DNA of 64,000 bases from Octopus vulgaris (Eukaryota), in contig OX597838.1 in NCBI GenBank assembly GCA_951406725.2, positions 39,432,001-39,496,000 of the forward strand, in the 5' to 3' direction. Position numbers and translations under genes: made by a program. The notes under the pieces were generated by a model that was not told where the DNA came from, made no database searches, and was given only the letters and a program-made list of their open reading frames with translations. Shown here piece after piece: positions 14,111 to 28,703 of the stretch (position 1 is the first letter of the stretch; every line of letters begins with the position of its first letter).

Positions 14111-14182
14111 TGTACCTAGTTACTGGGAAGAATTCAAGATTTATTCGCGTGTTGGACTTTGGACTTGTTTACTGAGTATAGC

Positions 14183-14241
<59 letters not shown>

Positions 14242-14384
14242 GTAAAAGGGGACTGTTTCATTAGTGCAGTATGTACTTGTAATCGTGTACATGTATACAC
14301 AAACAATACTAGCTTCTATATAGTTATACCTCCTATATTATTCATACATACATACATGCATACATACATACATACATACATACA

Positions 14385-14420
<36 letters not shown>

Positions 14421-14938
14421 TATATATACATACGAATGAGTGAGTATATATATATACACATAACATACATACTCTTAAATATCTATGTCTTTCTAAATAT
14501 ATATATTATATATATATTTATGTATGTATGTATGTATGCATGCATGTATATTGGTATATCCAAGCAAGGAGGAACATGCACATATGGAAAGTACTTTAAC
14601 TATCTGTAGAATAAAAAATAACCAATTAATGATTATGAGAAATAAAGTTTGATGCCACTGCTGCTACATCAATGTTATTTTTACTGTTATTATTGTTTGT
14701 GTTTCCTTGTTTAACCCCAGGGCAGCCTCGAAACAGTGTATTAACTGACGTTTCAACTGTAAGCATCAGGAAATGTTTTGTCTTTAAATAGATTTTCTCA
14801 AATTTAACAAATATTTGTTCATTTGTGAATTCGTCCATATTTATTTCGAAACGTTTATTTGAATAACACAAAGAGAGGACAATCATTTGAATCAACAAAA
14901 ATACTATCAACATAATGGTTAAAGCAACAATAAAACAA

Positions 14939-15017
<79 letters not shown>

Positions 15018-16239
15018 TCTTCTTAGGACGTATTTTTGTTTTTTCGATAACATGATTGGCGTAAACATATGCTCGCTTGTCTGCCTGCCTGCCTACCTGT
15101 CTGCCTTCTTGCCCGCATGGCTGCCTGTTTGTTTGTCTGTCTGTCTATCAGTGAAACTATCTATCTGACTATGTATCTTCCTTCATGTTGTTATTGTTCT
15201 CTCAGTAGAAGCAACAACAACAGCAACAGCTGCAACAGTAACAGTGGTGCAAAATCTTTTCAGCAGCAAGGTACCACCCGAAATCCAACCAACCAGAAAT
15301 TATCTCACAGTCAACCACCCTGACTTGTTTATCTCTCTTGGTGGATTCTTCAAGCATTTAACTCTACAAAGTAACTGGCCAGCCTCTGCTGACAAATGCC
15401 ACAACATAAGCACGAGTTTGGACCTGTAAAACGTATATCTAAGGCCCATAGATGCTAGGAGCTTCCTTGCTAATTACATGCGTGGCTTTCTTTACAGTAT
15501 GTGACCACGAGAGTTCTTGGAAGGATTCTTGTTGAGAGAGATGGTGTGAATAAGCAGATGTTTTTCACTAGTTGGCCACATACTTCTAGCAGCGGTAAGA
15601 ATGTTGCAGCAGGCGGAAATCAGCGAAGACAGCGACAACGCCATCTGTGCATTATTGTGTAAGGCTCATGATATAAGAGATTCTAATATGAGCGACCTGC
15701 ACCCAACATAGAGAATCACAGCATGCAAAACGTACATATATATTCTCTTATACATCCATATATACATACTTGCATACATACATACAATTTACGGAGATGT
15801 ACTTGTATAGAAAGTGACTTGATCTGAGGTCGTGTGCTGAAACAAAGAAAATTGCAGCGTGGAAGAAGTTTATAAGACATTTAAGAACACACAAAACACC
15901 GTTAGCTTCACTTCAACATTTAAATTTAATTTTTTGTCAAAATAATTTCGTGTGTTTATAAAAATGTACATACACATAAATTACTCTTCAAAACTATTAA
16001 GCAAGGGCACTATTTTTTTCTGGCGTACTATACTCCTCAAATTCATGACACTCACCTCTAGTTAGGAAATGGAATTAAAGAAGGCATTGCAATATTCAAA
16101 TTTATTGAAATCCAAAAATAAATTGGATAATAATTAAGAAAAATCATACAGTTCCAGAACCTGCCCCTTTCAAAATTATAATGTCTGATTAGATAATGTT
16201 GCAAAAATGATGCAAAACTGGGAAATTATGATATATTTC

Positions 16240-17122
16240 AATGATATTCTCTTGCAGTGCCTCAAAAATAATGTGCTTGACCACCACTTTTCTGAATTAC
16301 TTCAGACATGCGATTTCATGCTCCCAATGAACTTCTGCACTATCCATAAAATGGAAGCCAGCATTTTGTAGGATCACCGCATAACAATTCGGCAACTAGC
16401 CCAAGAAATGAAGATAAGAGCAGAGTCCGTGGAAAAAGTCATTCATGACCATTTGCACATGCGAGAGTTGTCTGCACGATGGATCACCGGATGATCACGT
16501 CTTTCAGAAGCAGGAACGAGGCAATTGCGCCCATGCTCTTTTGACAATGTCAAGAAAACGAGGAGGACTTTTGCAGTAGACTTATCACACAGAATGAAAC
16601 ATGGGACCATCACTATGATTCTGAGACTAAAGTCCAGTCGAGGCAATGGGAACCACAATTAACTGGGCATATTATGCTTTTCTGCTGCAGAAATTGCGGG
16701 ACAGCATCGAAGCTGAGGCGTGGCATGCTGACCAAAGTATCCTGCCTCCTGTAAGACAATGCCTGGTTCACAATGTGCATGTTGTTCAGATAAAAGCAAA
16801 CTCCTGCAGCTATGAAGTCCTTCCTCACCCCCTTATTCTCCCGACCTCGCACCATCGGACTTCCACCTCTTTCCAATCAAGAAATCTTTTTTGAAGGGGA
16901 AGCATTTTTCAGATGATGAACTTATTTCCGAGGTAAAGTCTTAGTTCCAGACGCAACCTACCAACTTCTACATGCGACATTTTCACAGCTGCATAAAGTG
17001 ATGTGAGAGGTGTGTTTCCATAGGTGGTGGCCATGTAGAGAAAGGCTAATAATTATGCCAAGTTTCGTTTATCCCAGTCTTTGAGATGTGGGTCGGGAGA
17101 AATCTATAATGAACGCCCTCCG
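16240..17122 (+). mobile_element. Decayed mariner (DD34D-type) transposase with 3' TIR
   Basis: Frameshifted motifs NETWDHHYDSETKVQSRQW, GTTINWAYYAFLLQKLRDSI and HP(P)YSPDLAPSDFHLF. The 3' end gaacgccctccg-TA is the reverse complement of a mariner-type terminus. Confidence 0.8.
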
Positions 17123-17225
17123 TATATATTATACTATATGCATGTGTGGGTATAACAAAGATAATAAACATATTTAATCTATCTGTCTGTGTGTCTATCT
17201 GTCTGTCTGTCTATCTGTCTGTTTG

Positions 17226-17226
17226 A

Positions 17227-17324
<98 letters not shown>
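17226..17324 (+). repeat. (TATC)n microsatellite at the 5' junction of retrotransposon 1
   Basis: Pure tetranucleotide run directly abutting the truncated element. Confidence 0.95.
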
Positions 17325-20050
17325 GAGAGAGGCCCGGGTGGCAGAGGCGCAACAGGGCAACAAAGCCACCATTCGGTCCCTGGTAGATGAACAGGGGCGC
17401 GAATTGCTCGAGCCAAGTAAAATGTGTGAGGCCTTTCAGCAGCATTTTGCCCGACTGTTCGGAACGAGTGGAGGGCAAGAACGTAGGGTGGACTTCAGTG
17501 CCTACCTACATAGCCTACCACGACTCTCGACAAGAAAGGCAGGGTGCTGCGAAGGTGCCATCACGGCGGCGGAAGTGCAGGAAGCGATGGCAGAATGCTC
17601 GGGGGACAAATCACCGGGTTTGGATGGTCTACCCTACGAGCTTTACAATTGTATGCCAGACTTGTTTGGAGATCTCTTGGCGGCGGTGTACTGCAACTGG
17701 CAGCAAAACGGGAGCATTCCTGGTTTTGTGAGCCGAGGAGCCGTAACACTGCTGAAGAAAGATCTAAACAAGGGAAATGTAATAGATAACTTTAGGCCCA
17801 TCACTCTGCTTAATGCAGACTTGAAAATTTTGGCCAAGGTGCTAGCCAAGAGGTTGGCGCTTGTCATCGAGAAACTGGTCGACAAGGCGCAAACATGCGC
17901 CGTGCCAGGCCGGAGCATCCATGACAACCTCCACCTGATGCGCTACATCATAGACAAGGTAGTTAACGAACCTGGCATGGGTGGGGCGCTGATCAATTTG
18001 GATCAATCGAAAGCTTTCGATAGGGTGGACCATCGATACTTGGAGGCGGTCCTCGGAGCGGCTGGCTTCGGTCCCGTCTTCCGCGGCTGGATAGCCGCTT
18101 TGTACAGAGGCATTCGTTCGGTAATTCGCGTGAATGGACATCTATCGAGAACCTTCGACATCGCACGTTTGGTCCGTCAGGGATGCTCCCTCTCGTCGCT
18201 TCTATACGTATTGACTCTCGAGCCATTATTGCGGAAGCTGGCAACCTTGAGAGGCATCCCGCGAGAACTGGGATGCGGGACGAGCGTGTCTGCATACGCG
18301 GACGACGTCACCGTCATAGTGTCTAGCCACGAGCACATCGAGCAGGTCGGCGAGACACTGAAAAACTACGAAGCGGTGACAGGAGCGAAAATCAACCGGG
18401 AAAAGTCAGTGGGCTTGCGACTAGGCACCTGGAGAAGCAAGCCCATGCCGTCCACCAGCGCCTCCGTCGTGGGACGCTGGACCGACGGCCCGGTTGAGTT
18501 GCTCGGGGTCTGGTTTGGTCCGGACCTCCAAGTGGAGAAGAACTGGAACGAGATAACGAGTAGGGTGGTCACTCTCGCCCGGCAATGGGCCGAGAGGAAA
18601 CTGTCCCTAAAAGGTCGGGCGGAGGTGGCGAACACGTACATCGCGTCCGTCATCTACTACCGCCTGACCGTCGTACCTTGTCCCGACCCTACCATCACCA
18701 AACTACAACGCATTCTCTTTCGCTTCTTGTGGAAAGGATGCGTCCCGATGGTCAGGCGATCCATTTGCTGTCAACACCCGTTAAAAGGAGGGCTGGGCAT
18801 GCCGTGGTTGATGATGCGCAGACACGCGCTGAGACTGCGACATCTCTGGCTCTATGTAGACGACGGTGAACAGGTGTGGTCGCCGTTTGTGAGGCACGCT
18901 TTCCTGCAGCTCGTCTCCATGACCGAACTGCAGTCGTGGATCAAAAAGAGGCCGAGGAAGGGCGAATGGCACCGCGAGTGTCGCGTTGCTCTCAAGCAAC
19001 TCCGCCGTCCTGGGTCGACCTTGAGTGACTTCAACACAACCAAAGCATTCTATAGGGGTTTAGTGGAGGGGAGGTACGACGACGAGCTCGGGGCGAACCT
19101 GGACGTCGACGAGGAGTACCTGACCTGCCTGTTCAGGACGACTTTCGGGCCAGGGCCCATGGACAACTTCCAGAGATCCCTGGCCTGGCAGTGCTACCGA
19201 GAAGCGCTACCCGTTCGGGATAAGCTCTACAGACACGGCTCGAGAAACACGGGGCCGACCTGCCCGAGATGCGGTCAGAGCGACGAAACCGTTCTGCACG
19301 CACTCGTGCAGTGTCCAACAATTTCCGACCTGTGGGCTTATGTCGAACAACTGCTGTCACGTGTGGGACGAGTCGGTTTATCAGCTGAGTCTATCGTCAA
19401 TATTGTCACGCCTCCTTCCTTCAAACGGGAAGGAAGAGCTATTTTCATCATCCTTGTGGCTATGGCGAAAGAATGTATCTGGTGGACGCGTCTGAAAGGA
19501 TTGGAGACAAACACTTTCCTCTCTGGTCAATCTCTCATCAACTTCTTCAAGTACCACTTGAAAAGGAAAGTGAGAGTAGAGAGGCAAGTTTTGTCTAGCG
19601 AATGTTTTAAAAAAGATGGGTGAATGTAGCAAGAATGGCACGTATGAATGACGAAGCCACCTTGATCATGATCCTATGAACCCAGAAATTGAAAACAGAG
19701 AGTTGCTTATTCGCAAAAAAAAAAAAAAAAAAAAGAAATATAACATGTGACTCCATTGACCGAGGTTACCGTGGTCTTTTCCGTAGGCTTTTCTTTCCAC
19801 GGGTAAACCTCACCTGTCCTCCCCTTTACACTTCATATTGACATTTCTGTGATAACGATCCCTATTGATCAAAATTTTTTTCCCCCTCCCCCTTTTTTTA
19901 ACCCCCCTTTTTTGTCCTCTTTCTCTCCTTTTACGATCCCTTTTGATCGAAACTCCCCCTTCCTTTTTTTTTTTTTTAAACCTTCAAAAGAAAAGCTCTA
20001 CCTTGTAATTTGTTCTATCTGTGTGCAGCCCTGTGTGGCTAATAAAGAAA
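17325..20050 (+). mobile_element. L1/Tx1-clade non-LTR retrotransposon 1 (5'-truncated)
   Basis: Starts mid-ORF2 after the endonuclease; contains RT and a 3' UTR ending agccctgtgtggct-aataaagaaa, then (TATC)n. Confidence 0.92.
17338..19679 (+). CDS. ORF2 remnant of element 1: reverse transcriptase plus C-terminal zinc finger
   Basis: KSPGLDG, NFRPITLLNADLKILAK, LDQSKAFDRVDH, VRQGCSLS, YADD, CPRCGQSDETVLHALVQC. Open for 761 aa. A missing A near 19610 shifts the final ~20 codons, so the homologous stop is at 19677-19679. Confidence 0.9.
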
Positions 20051-20066
20051 CATATCTATCTATCCT

Positions 20067-20097
<31 letters not shown>

Positions 20098-20301
20098 CTG
20101 TCTATGGATGTGTTGTCTCATCGACTCCGAAGGTAATTCTTTATTTTGACTATTTATAGCCCAATTTTTCTGTACATTTTTGTGAATAAGTTGTGTAAGG
20201 CACCCAACTTTCATTTGAGTGCTTTTCCAAGGGAGGAATTCGCCCCTAGGGGCAGTTTCGACCCCATTTCATTTCTGTAATTTTATTCTCGACATTAGAA
20301 A

Positions 20302-22492
20302 ATGTCTAGAAATTTTATCGTGGAACAATGGTCGCGTTCCTCTATCGACCAGATTTCTCCTAGATTGGAAACGCTAGGAGAAAAAAAAAAAGAATTTTGC
20401 GCGCGACGTAAAATTATGAATGAATGTGCATTGAACGCTACTACTACGTGTAGTAACAGCATTGTCACCAACACATCCACTAGCAAGAACAACATAGACA
20501 CTTCTACTGTTGCCACCACCGCCTTCACCACCACCACCACCACCGCCGCCACCTCATCCACTACCTCAACTACCAACAGCAACAACAATAACAATGACAG
20601 CAAAAATAAAAATTGCGCCACCATTTCGACATCTGCTGCCTCGGCTGCCTCTTCTACCACTGACACCACCACCAACAACAAAAACAACAATAACAACAAC
20701 AACAATTCCGTTCAGACCTGTTTCACTCCAACAACAAGAACTGAAGTGAATAAACAAAAATCTGTAGCTACCAAACAAATTGACAAAAGCTGCTTGAGTA
20801 CAGGAATAAATTACGAAAATAATTTTCCACCCCTTCCTACTTGCACAATCGAACCAAGGACACCAATTTTACAAACTGCAGCCAACAACAACATCACCAC
20901 AAGCAACAACAATAACAAAACATCAACAAATTTCGCTGAGGCGATTAAAGAAAAAAAAACAACAATATATTTTACGGCTCAACAAATACAGGACACGAAC
21001 ATTAAAATAACAGAATCAGATGGTATAGTGAAGATAAACATACCAGAAGACATTTTGGAAGATGAAAAAAGACGAACAATCAGTTAACAAAAAAACAAAA
21101 AGCCCAGAGAAGGCTAACACAAGCAAAATAGAGAAGTGCTTGAAACCCATCTGGAATCACAAAGAATATGTAACCTGGTGGAACAAATTTGCCTACATAC
21201 AAGTTGTTTTCTACACCGAAGAGTTAGCTAGACGTTTCTCAACGCTAACTCTTCACTCAGATGAACTCCAACTTACACCAAGCTATCGGGGACAGAAAGT
21301 GACTAAGATCACTTTAAACAATGTCCCCAAAATAGCCAAAATCTATGGCTTGTAAAGGCCTTATGCGTAAAAATGACGAATTTTACTATTTTGGAAACCA
21401 CGGTCACAGAGCATAAAATCTGGGTGGGAAAAAAAGTAGAATTTCTTCTACATATACATCATGAAGATATAAAAAAAATACCCACCCAGATATGTGTATC
21501 AGACGACCACAAGTTATATGTGGTCGTCGATGGCAGAAGACCACGTTGCTACATATGCGGCAGTGAGCAACACCTAAAAAAAGACTGCAAATCTGCCGCA
21601 AGAAAACAACAGCAACCACAACAGCAGCCGGAAACAAAAACAAATAAACAAGGTTTACTACCCATACCACTTTTTGCAGGAACAAACCTCACCAAACAAA
21701 CAACCACACCAACTGCAGAACCAAGAACAGAAGCAGCATCACCAACAACAACAACCAAGAATATACCAACTCCCAAACCAAGGACATCTGCCAAAAAGAC
21801 ACCCAGCAAAAATGAAGAAACAATTACAACTCCAAATCCCCACAAAATTGAGACCCCAAACAACACAATAATACCTACAATCACTCAAACACAAAATACC
21901 CAAACCCCACCTCCAAAACCGCATACACCACAACCAAACGCTCACCAACCAACACCAACAACAAAATCAACACAGTCGACAATAGACCCCAATATTTTCC
22001 CTCTTCCAGGCTCCGATTCGTCTGATTTGTCATTAGACGAAGAAGACACGGAAGATTGGCAAATAGCCACAGGGGGGAGAAGAAAAAGGGGAAAAAAAAA
22101 GAAAAGAAAAAATAACAAACAAAGCGGGAAGATACACCACTCCCGAAATAAAAACATCCACAGAAAACAAACACATCAACACAAACACACCATCATCAAA
22201 CCCCCCAACAATGTTGACAGTCATAAACACAAACAACCACGACCTAATGGAACACATTAGGTCAAACACTAACATTACTGAAAACGACATAAAAACAAGT
22301 AACCACCCACACACAACACCACCACAACACATTAAAATAATACACGTGACACAGAACACACACAGCACCCTGAAATCTCTTTACCCTGATGCAGTAGGGA
22401 GATTTCAAAAGTAGTCATCGAAAAAACTGTACAAAAGCCTCATAGAAGAAGACCGTGAGGTGAAAGACAAAGAACTTTCGAAAAACAAGTAA
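20302..22492 (+). pseudogene. ORF1 (gag-like, CCHC zinc knuckle) of element 2, disrupted
   Basis: MSRNFIVEQW start, Thr/Asn low-complexity region, RRPRCYICGSEQHLKKDC (CX2CX4HX4C), EDWQIATG-basic tract. Split across track ORFs 20302, 21062, 21373 and 22211, with a TAG at 22412-22414. Confidence 0.8.
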
Positions 22493-22534
22493 CCTTTTCT
22501 CTCTCTCTTTCCTTTTTTGCACTTTTATCGGAAC

Positions 22535-25500
22535 ATGCTCAGAATAGGTAGTATAAATGTACGTGGCTTGGGGTCGCCTTGGAAACAAGGCTACCTGTTA
22601 AATGACATCAAGTCACTAAATCTGAATATCATAGCCATCAGTGAGACCAGACTCCACAGCTTGCAGGCACTCCAGCACATTTTCGGTACACATTTCAACA
22701 TTTATTTTTCTCCGTGTCTACCGAGAATGGGCGGAGGTGGCACCGCGGTGCTTATCCGGAACAGTCTGGATCTCAAAGTAAGAGCAAATTTCCTAGACCC
22801 GGAGGGTAGGTTGGTCGTTTTGGATGTCGATGGCAGCAATGAGTGTGCTTTTCGACTGATAGCAGTTTATGCACCGTCCTTAACAGGCCGACCAGATTTC
22901 TTTCGACGTCTAGAGTCTTTCATGGGAACGTCTCGTCCTTTACTTTTAGTGGGGGATTGGAATGACACCATGGACACGCATCTAGACTACGTGGGCAGAG
23001 ATAGCAATAGAAGGGGATGCAAATGCCTCAAGGACCTGCTCAGACGTTTCCAACTGTCTGACAGGTACCGACTGGACCACCAGAATGTACCAATGTGGAC
23101 ATGGAGTAACAGCATCGGGTCGTCCAGATCATACTTAGATAGAGTATTCTGTAGGACAATAGATAAAAATAGTGTAGGTTGTCCACAATTTCATATAGTC
23201 AGTTACACAGATCACAAGTTTGTGACTTGTACACTTGACTTAGATAAGACACATAGGCAGGGTCCTGGTTACTGGAAACTGAACGCGTCTTTTACAGCAC
23301 GACAGGTTTACAGGGACCGGATCAGCACATTAGTTAAGAGAGCTTTGACGGGTACCATCATCAACAACAGATGGTGGTATGCCCTAAAAAAGCAATTAAA
23401 GCAGAATCAGTCAGATACAGTAGAGCCCTAGCATTAGACCGAAATAGAATAGAGGGAGAATTAGTTAAGGTTTTAGAAGAGGCACTTAGAACTGGCATCG
23501 CGTCCAACGTGCTGGCGGCGAGATTGGCCCTCGACCAACACCTCAACGCCAAACACGAGGGATGCGTTGTCAGAGCTAGGATGCGTGCTCTGAGGAACGA
23601 AGGAGTTGGAGCCGCCCAAGAGGCCCGAGTGGTGGAGACGCAACGAGGCAACAGAGCCACCATCAAGTCTCTTATAGATGAACAGGGGCGCGAATTGCTC
23701 GAGCCTAAAAGGATGTGTGGGGTTTTTCAACAACACTTCACCCAACAGTTTGGGACAAGTGGTGAGTCAGAAAGCAGAATGGACTTTAGTGCCTACCTGC
23801 ATGCCTTGCCACAACTCTCAGCAAGGGAGGTGGAGTCTTGTGAAAAGCCTATCACAGCTGCGGACGTACAGGATGCGATGGTAGGCTGCGCGAGAGACAA
23901 GTCACCAGGCTTGGATGGTCTGCCCTACGAACTTTATTTTCATATGCCAGACTTGTTTGGAGGCGTCTTGGCAGCTGTCTACTGCAACTGGCAGCAGAAC
24001 GGGAGTATTCCTGCTTTTGTAAAGCGAGGAGCAGTGGCACTGATCAAGAAAGACCCAAACAAGGGGGACGTCATAGATAATTTCAGGCCCATCACTCTGC
24101 TCAACGCAGATTTGAAAATTTTGGCCAAGGTGTTAGCCGAGAGGTTGGCGCTTGTCATCAAGAAACTAATGGACAAGGCGCAAACATGCGCCGTGCCGGG
24201 TAGAAGTATTCATGACAACCTCCATCTGATGCGCTACATCATAGACAGGGTAGTTAAAAATCCTGGCATGGGTGGGGCGCTGATCAATTTGGATCAATCA
24301 AAAGCCTTCGATAGGGTAGACCATCACTACTTGGAGGCTTTCCTTAAAGCGGCTGGTTTCGGTCCAGTTTTCCGCGGTTGGATCGCTGCCTTATACAGCG
24401 GCATCCGCTCGGTAGTTCGCGTAAATGGTCATCTATCCAGACATTTTAACATCATGCGTTCGGTTCGTCAGGGATGCCCCCTCTCTTCGCTGCTGTATGT
24501 ACTGACTCTTGAGCCACTACTGCGGAAACTGGCGAAGCTGAGGGGCATCCCACGAGAGCTGGGATGCGGGAGGAGCGTGTCTGCATACGCGGATGACGTC
24601 ACCGTCATAGTGTCGAGCTACGAGCACATCGAGCTGGTCGGCGAGACACTAAAAGAATACGAAGCGGTAACGGGAGCAAAAATTAACCGGGAAAAGTCAG
24701 TGGGCTTGCGGCTCGGCACCTGGAGAAGCAAGCCCATGCTGTCCAACAGCGTCTCCATCGTGGGACGCTGGACGGACGGACCGGTTAAATTGCTCGGGGT
24801 CTGGTTCGGTCCGGACCTCCAAATGGAGAAGAACTGGGGCGAGATAACGACTAGGGTGGCTACTCTCACCCAGAAATGGGCTGAGCGAAAGCTATCCCTA
24901 AAAGGTCGGGCGGAGGTGGCGAACGCGTACATCGCATCCGTCATCGAGTATCGTCTGACCGTCGTGCCTTGTCCCGACCCTACCATCACCAAACTGGAAC
25001 GTATACTCTTCCGCTTCTTGTGGAAGGGAAACGTTCCGATGGTTAGGCGATCCATTTGCTGCCAACACCCGCTAAATGGAGGGCTGGGCATGCCGTGGTT
25101 GATGATGCGCAGACATGCGCTGAGACTGCGACATCTCCGGCGCTTCATAGACAACGGTGAACAGGTGTGGTCGCCTTTTGTGCGGCGCGCTTTCCCGCAG
25201 CTCGTCTCCTTGGACGAACTACAGTCATGGATTAAGCAGAGACCGAGGCTAGGCGAATGGCACCGTGAGTGTCGCGTTGCTCTCAAGCAACTCTGCCGTC
25301 CGGGATCGAACTTGTGCGACTCCATCACAACAAAGGCATTCTATAGAGGATTAGTGGAGGGGAGGTGCGACGACGAACTCGGGCAGAGTCTGGGCGTTGA
25401 CGAGGAACACCTGACCCGCCTGTTCAAGGACAACTTTCGGGCCGGGACCTATGAACAATAACCAAAGATCCCTGGCCTGGCAGTGCTATCGAGAAGCATT

Positions 25501-25972
25501 ACCTGTTCGGGATAAGCTCTAGAGACACGGTTCCAGACACACTGGACCGACTTGCCCGAGATGCGGTCAGAGCGACGAAACCGTTCTGCACACACTCGTG
25601 CGATGTCCAACCATTTCCGACCTGTGGGCTTATGCCGAACGGCTGCTGTCACGTGTGGGACGAATCCGCCTATCGGCCGAGTCTATCGTAAGTATTGCTC
25701 CGCCCCCTTCCCTCAACCGGGAAGGCAAGGCAGTTTTCATCGTACTGGTGGCCATGGTGAGAGAATGTGTGTGGTGGACTCGAGCGAAAGGATTTGAGAC
25801 AAACACTTACCTCTCTGGCCAATCGCTCATCAACTTTTTCAAGTACCACTTGAAAAGGAAGGTGAGAATGGAGAGGGAAGTTTTGTCTCGCGAAAGATTC
25901 AAAAAAAGATGGGTGAATGTTGCAAAGATGGTGCGTGCTAGTAACGAAACCATTTTGAGCATGATCCTGTAG
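22535..25972 (+). pseudogene. ORF2 of element 2: APE endonuclease, RT and zinc finger, two frameshifts
   Basis: APE motifs SINVRGL, ISETRL, VYAP, GDWN, SYLDRVF, TDH; RT YADD. Frameshifts near 23390 and 25428 (track ORFs 22517, 23371, 25598). Confidence 0.9.
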
Positions 25973-26280
25973 ATCGTAAAAAAGAAAGAAAGAGAGCATT
26001 TTTGATCTCATGTGGTTATTTCCTCCCTGACTGGGGTTCCCGTGGTCTTTTCTGTAGGCTTTTCTTCCCACGGATGAACCCAATATTGTTATATCAATGT
26101 TTATATCATTATTTCTGTGATACACGATTTTCTTTTTTTTTCCTTTTTTTTCCTCCTCTCGATCCCTTTTGATCGCAATCTTACATTTATTTTCTTTTTT
26201 TTCCACCCTCGAAAAGAAAAGCTCTGCATTTGTATTTGTCCCCTCTGTATTCAGCCCTGTGTGGCTAATAAAAGAAAGTT

Positions 26281-26562
<282 letters not shown>

Positions 26563-26762
26563 TGACGGATGTGATGTCAGTTCAGCTCCGAAGGTAATTG
26601 TGTATTTTGACTATTTATAGCCCAATTTTTTTGTACATTTTTGCAAATAGGGTGTGTCAGGCAACCAACTTTCGTTTGAGTGCTTTTCCAAGGGAGGAAT
26701 TCGCCCCTAGGGGCAGTTTCGACCCCATTTCATTTCTGTAATTTTCTTCTCGACATTAGAAA

Positions 26763-28637
26763 ATGTCTAGAAATTTTATTGTTGAGCGCTGGTCGCGTTC
26801 TTTTATGGAACAACATATTCCTAGTCTGGAAACGATAGAGAAAAAAAAAGAACGTTCACACGGAAAATGCAAACATAAATATCGGTGAAATGAACGCTGC
26901 AACCACGTGCGGTAACGGCTCTGTCACCACCGCCACCACTACCACTAACAACAGCAACCACGAGACAACAACTGCTACCACCACCACCTCCACCTCCACC
27001 ACCACCACCACCACCACTACCACGACCAACATAAATGATAAAAATAAAACTGAAACGAAAACTATTGACAAAAACAGCAACAACAAGAACAACAATAAAA
27101 ATGAACTATCTAATAGTGAAGATGTTAATACAAAAAAATGAACAACATCAGTAAATTTCGCAGACATTCTTCGCCAGAAGAAAGAAATAGTAACATTCAC
27201 AAATGAAGAGCTCATAGAAACAAGAGCTCTCTTTACAACCCGTGGACAAGATTTAGTACTGCATACACCTCAACATATAAAACAAGAAATAGAAAATAAG
27301 ACAATTGTATATAAAATTATTAGAAAAAACAAAAAACCAAATGAACAGATTACAAAAACTGATGTGGAAAAATGTTTAAAAAACATAATGAATGAAAAAG
27401 AGTATATAAACTGGGGTCCCCAGTTTAACACAGTAGTGGTCCGTTTCTCTAACCAGGAAGTGGCAAAAGCTCACTCTACTGAGTCTCTGGGAAATGATGA
27501 AATCATCATGGTCCCTTATTATAAAAACCAGAGAGTGAGTAGAATTACTATCAGAAATGTACCCCCCAATATGCCGAACAAATGGATAACAGGGGCAATC
27601 TGTTACCATTTGAAAAAGATCAATATTTTAGAAACAGCCGTGTACCTAAACGACAATTAGGGTGGAAAAACAGTAGTAGTGACCATCCAGATTGAGGGGG
27701 CCTCTATCGAGAGCCTACCCGACAAGATACACTTGGAGAATGGGCAATGCCTATATGTTATGGCAGAAGGCAAAAAGCCTAGATGCTACAAATGTGGCAG
27801 CTCCGAACATTTGATTGCCAAGTGCGATCTGGTACAGAAAAAACAAGAAAGAACAAATCAGAAAACAAATAAAATCCCTTTGTTGCCAACACCAACACCA
27901 ACACACTCAATTATGGAACAATGCCAAGAAAAACAACAAACCAGCAAACAAACCCCAACAACATCACCAAGAAAAACAGTACCAACACAATCACCGTTGA
28001 CGTCACAACCAATAAATAGACCCACACCAACACCTAGGACGACAATTAAAAAGACAGAAAACACTGACGAGAAGACAAATGCTACCCATAACACCACAAC
28101 AACACAAACACCGCACAAAACATCAACAATTTATACAAGCATACATAGTAATGCAAATGTTTTGCCTCTACCCCATACTGATACGTCGGACGACGAAAGT
28201 TCGACGGAATGGCAAATAGCCACAGGGGTAAAAGAAAAAGATCCAAAAAATCCACCAAACAAGGAAGTAAAGCAGGGAGATATCTAACTCAGGACAACAT
28301 CCCCCTAGACAATCAAAAAAGTAATGAACCCGTAAAACCACACACAAAACTAACTGCAATAGACACAGACAATAAAGAATTAATGGACTACATAAAATCT
28401 AATATGGTCATCTGTGAAGATGACTTTAAGACAAACAATCATCCGCACACCACACCACCGAAACACATCAGAATTTTAGACATAACACAAGCAAAACACC
28501 ACATACTGAAAACAATATTTCCGAATGCGGTAGGCGGGTATCAACGATACCTGTCGAAAAAACTATACAAACACCTCATCAAAAACGATACAAAAGAAGA
28601 AGAAGAAAAAAATGAAACTTTTAAAATGAGTAAGTGA
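26763..28637 (+). pseudogene. ORF1 of element 3, disrupted
   Basis: MSRNFIVERW start, KKPRCYKCGSSEHLIAKC zinc knuckle, EWQIATG, C-terminal NHPHTTPPKHI; several frameshifts and stops. Confidence 0.8.
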
Positions 28638-28703
28638 CCTCACTTCTTGCCTCTTGTCTCTTCTAATATAGTGTGTAAAACACAATTTTCGTAAGTGTCA
28701 AGT

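Larger units (their letters stand above)
20106..26280 (+). mobile_element. L1/Tx1-clade non-LTR retrotransposon 2 (full length)
   Basis: 5' UTR, ORF1, ORF2 and 3' UTR ending agccctgtgtggctaataaaagaaagtt; (TATC)n on both sides. Confidence 0.93.

Noticed and set aside
15240-15740. Non-repetitive-looking block almost identical in both copies, with a 50-codon minus-strand ORF (MALSLSSLISACCNIL...)
   Set aside because: No recognisable domain or consistent exon chain, and the identity is explained by the recent duplication.
20106-20225. Spliced-leader/snRNA-like reading of the element 5' ends (donor followed by an Sm-like ATTTTTG and a hairpin)
   Set aside because: ATTTTTG is expected by chance in T-rich UTRs and there is no similarity to an snRNA I recognise. 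Only the donor observation was kept.
24618-25328. 236-aa antisense ORF in element 2 and similar antisense ORFs in the other elements
   Set aside because: It shadows the GC-richer ORF2 and is broken by stops in the sister copies (e.g. 37007-37444 / 37451-37717).
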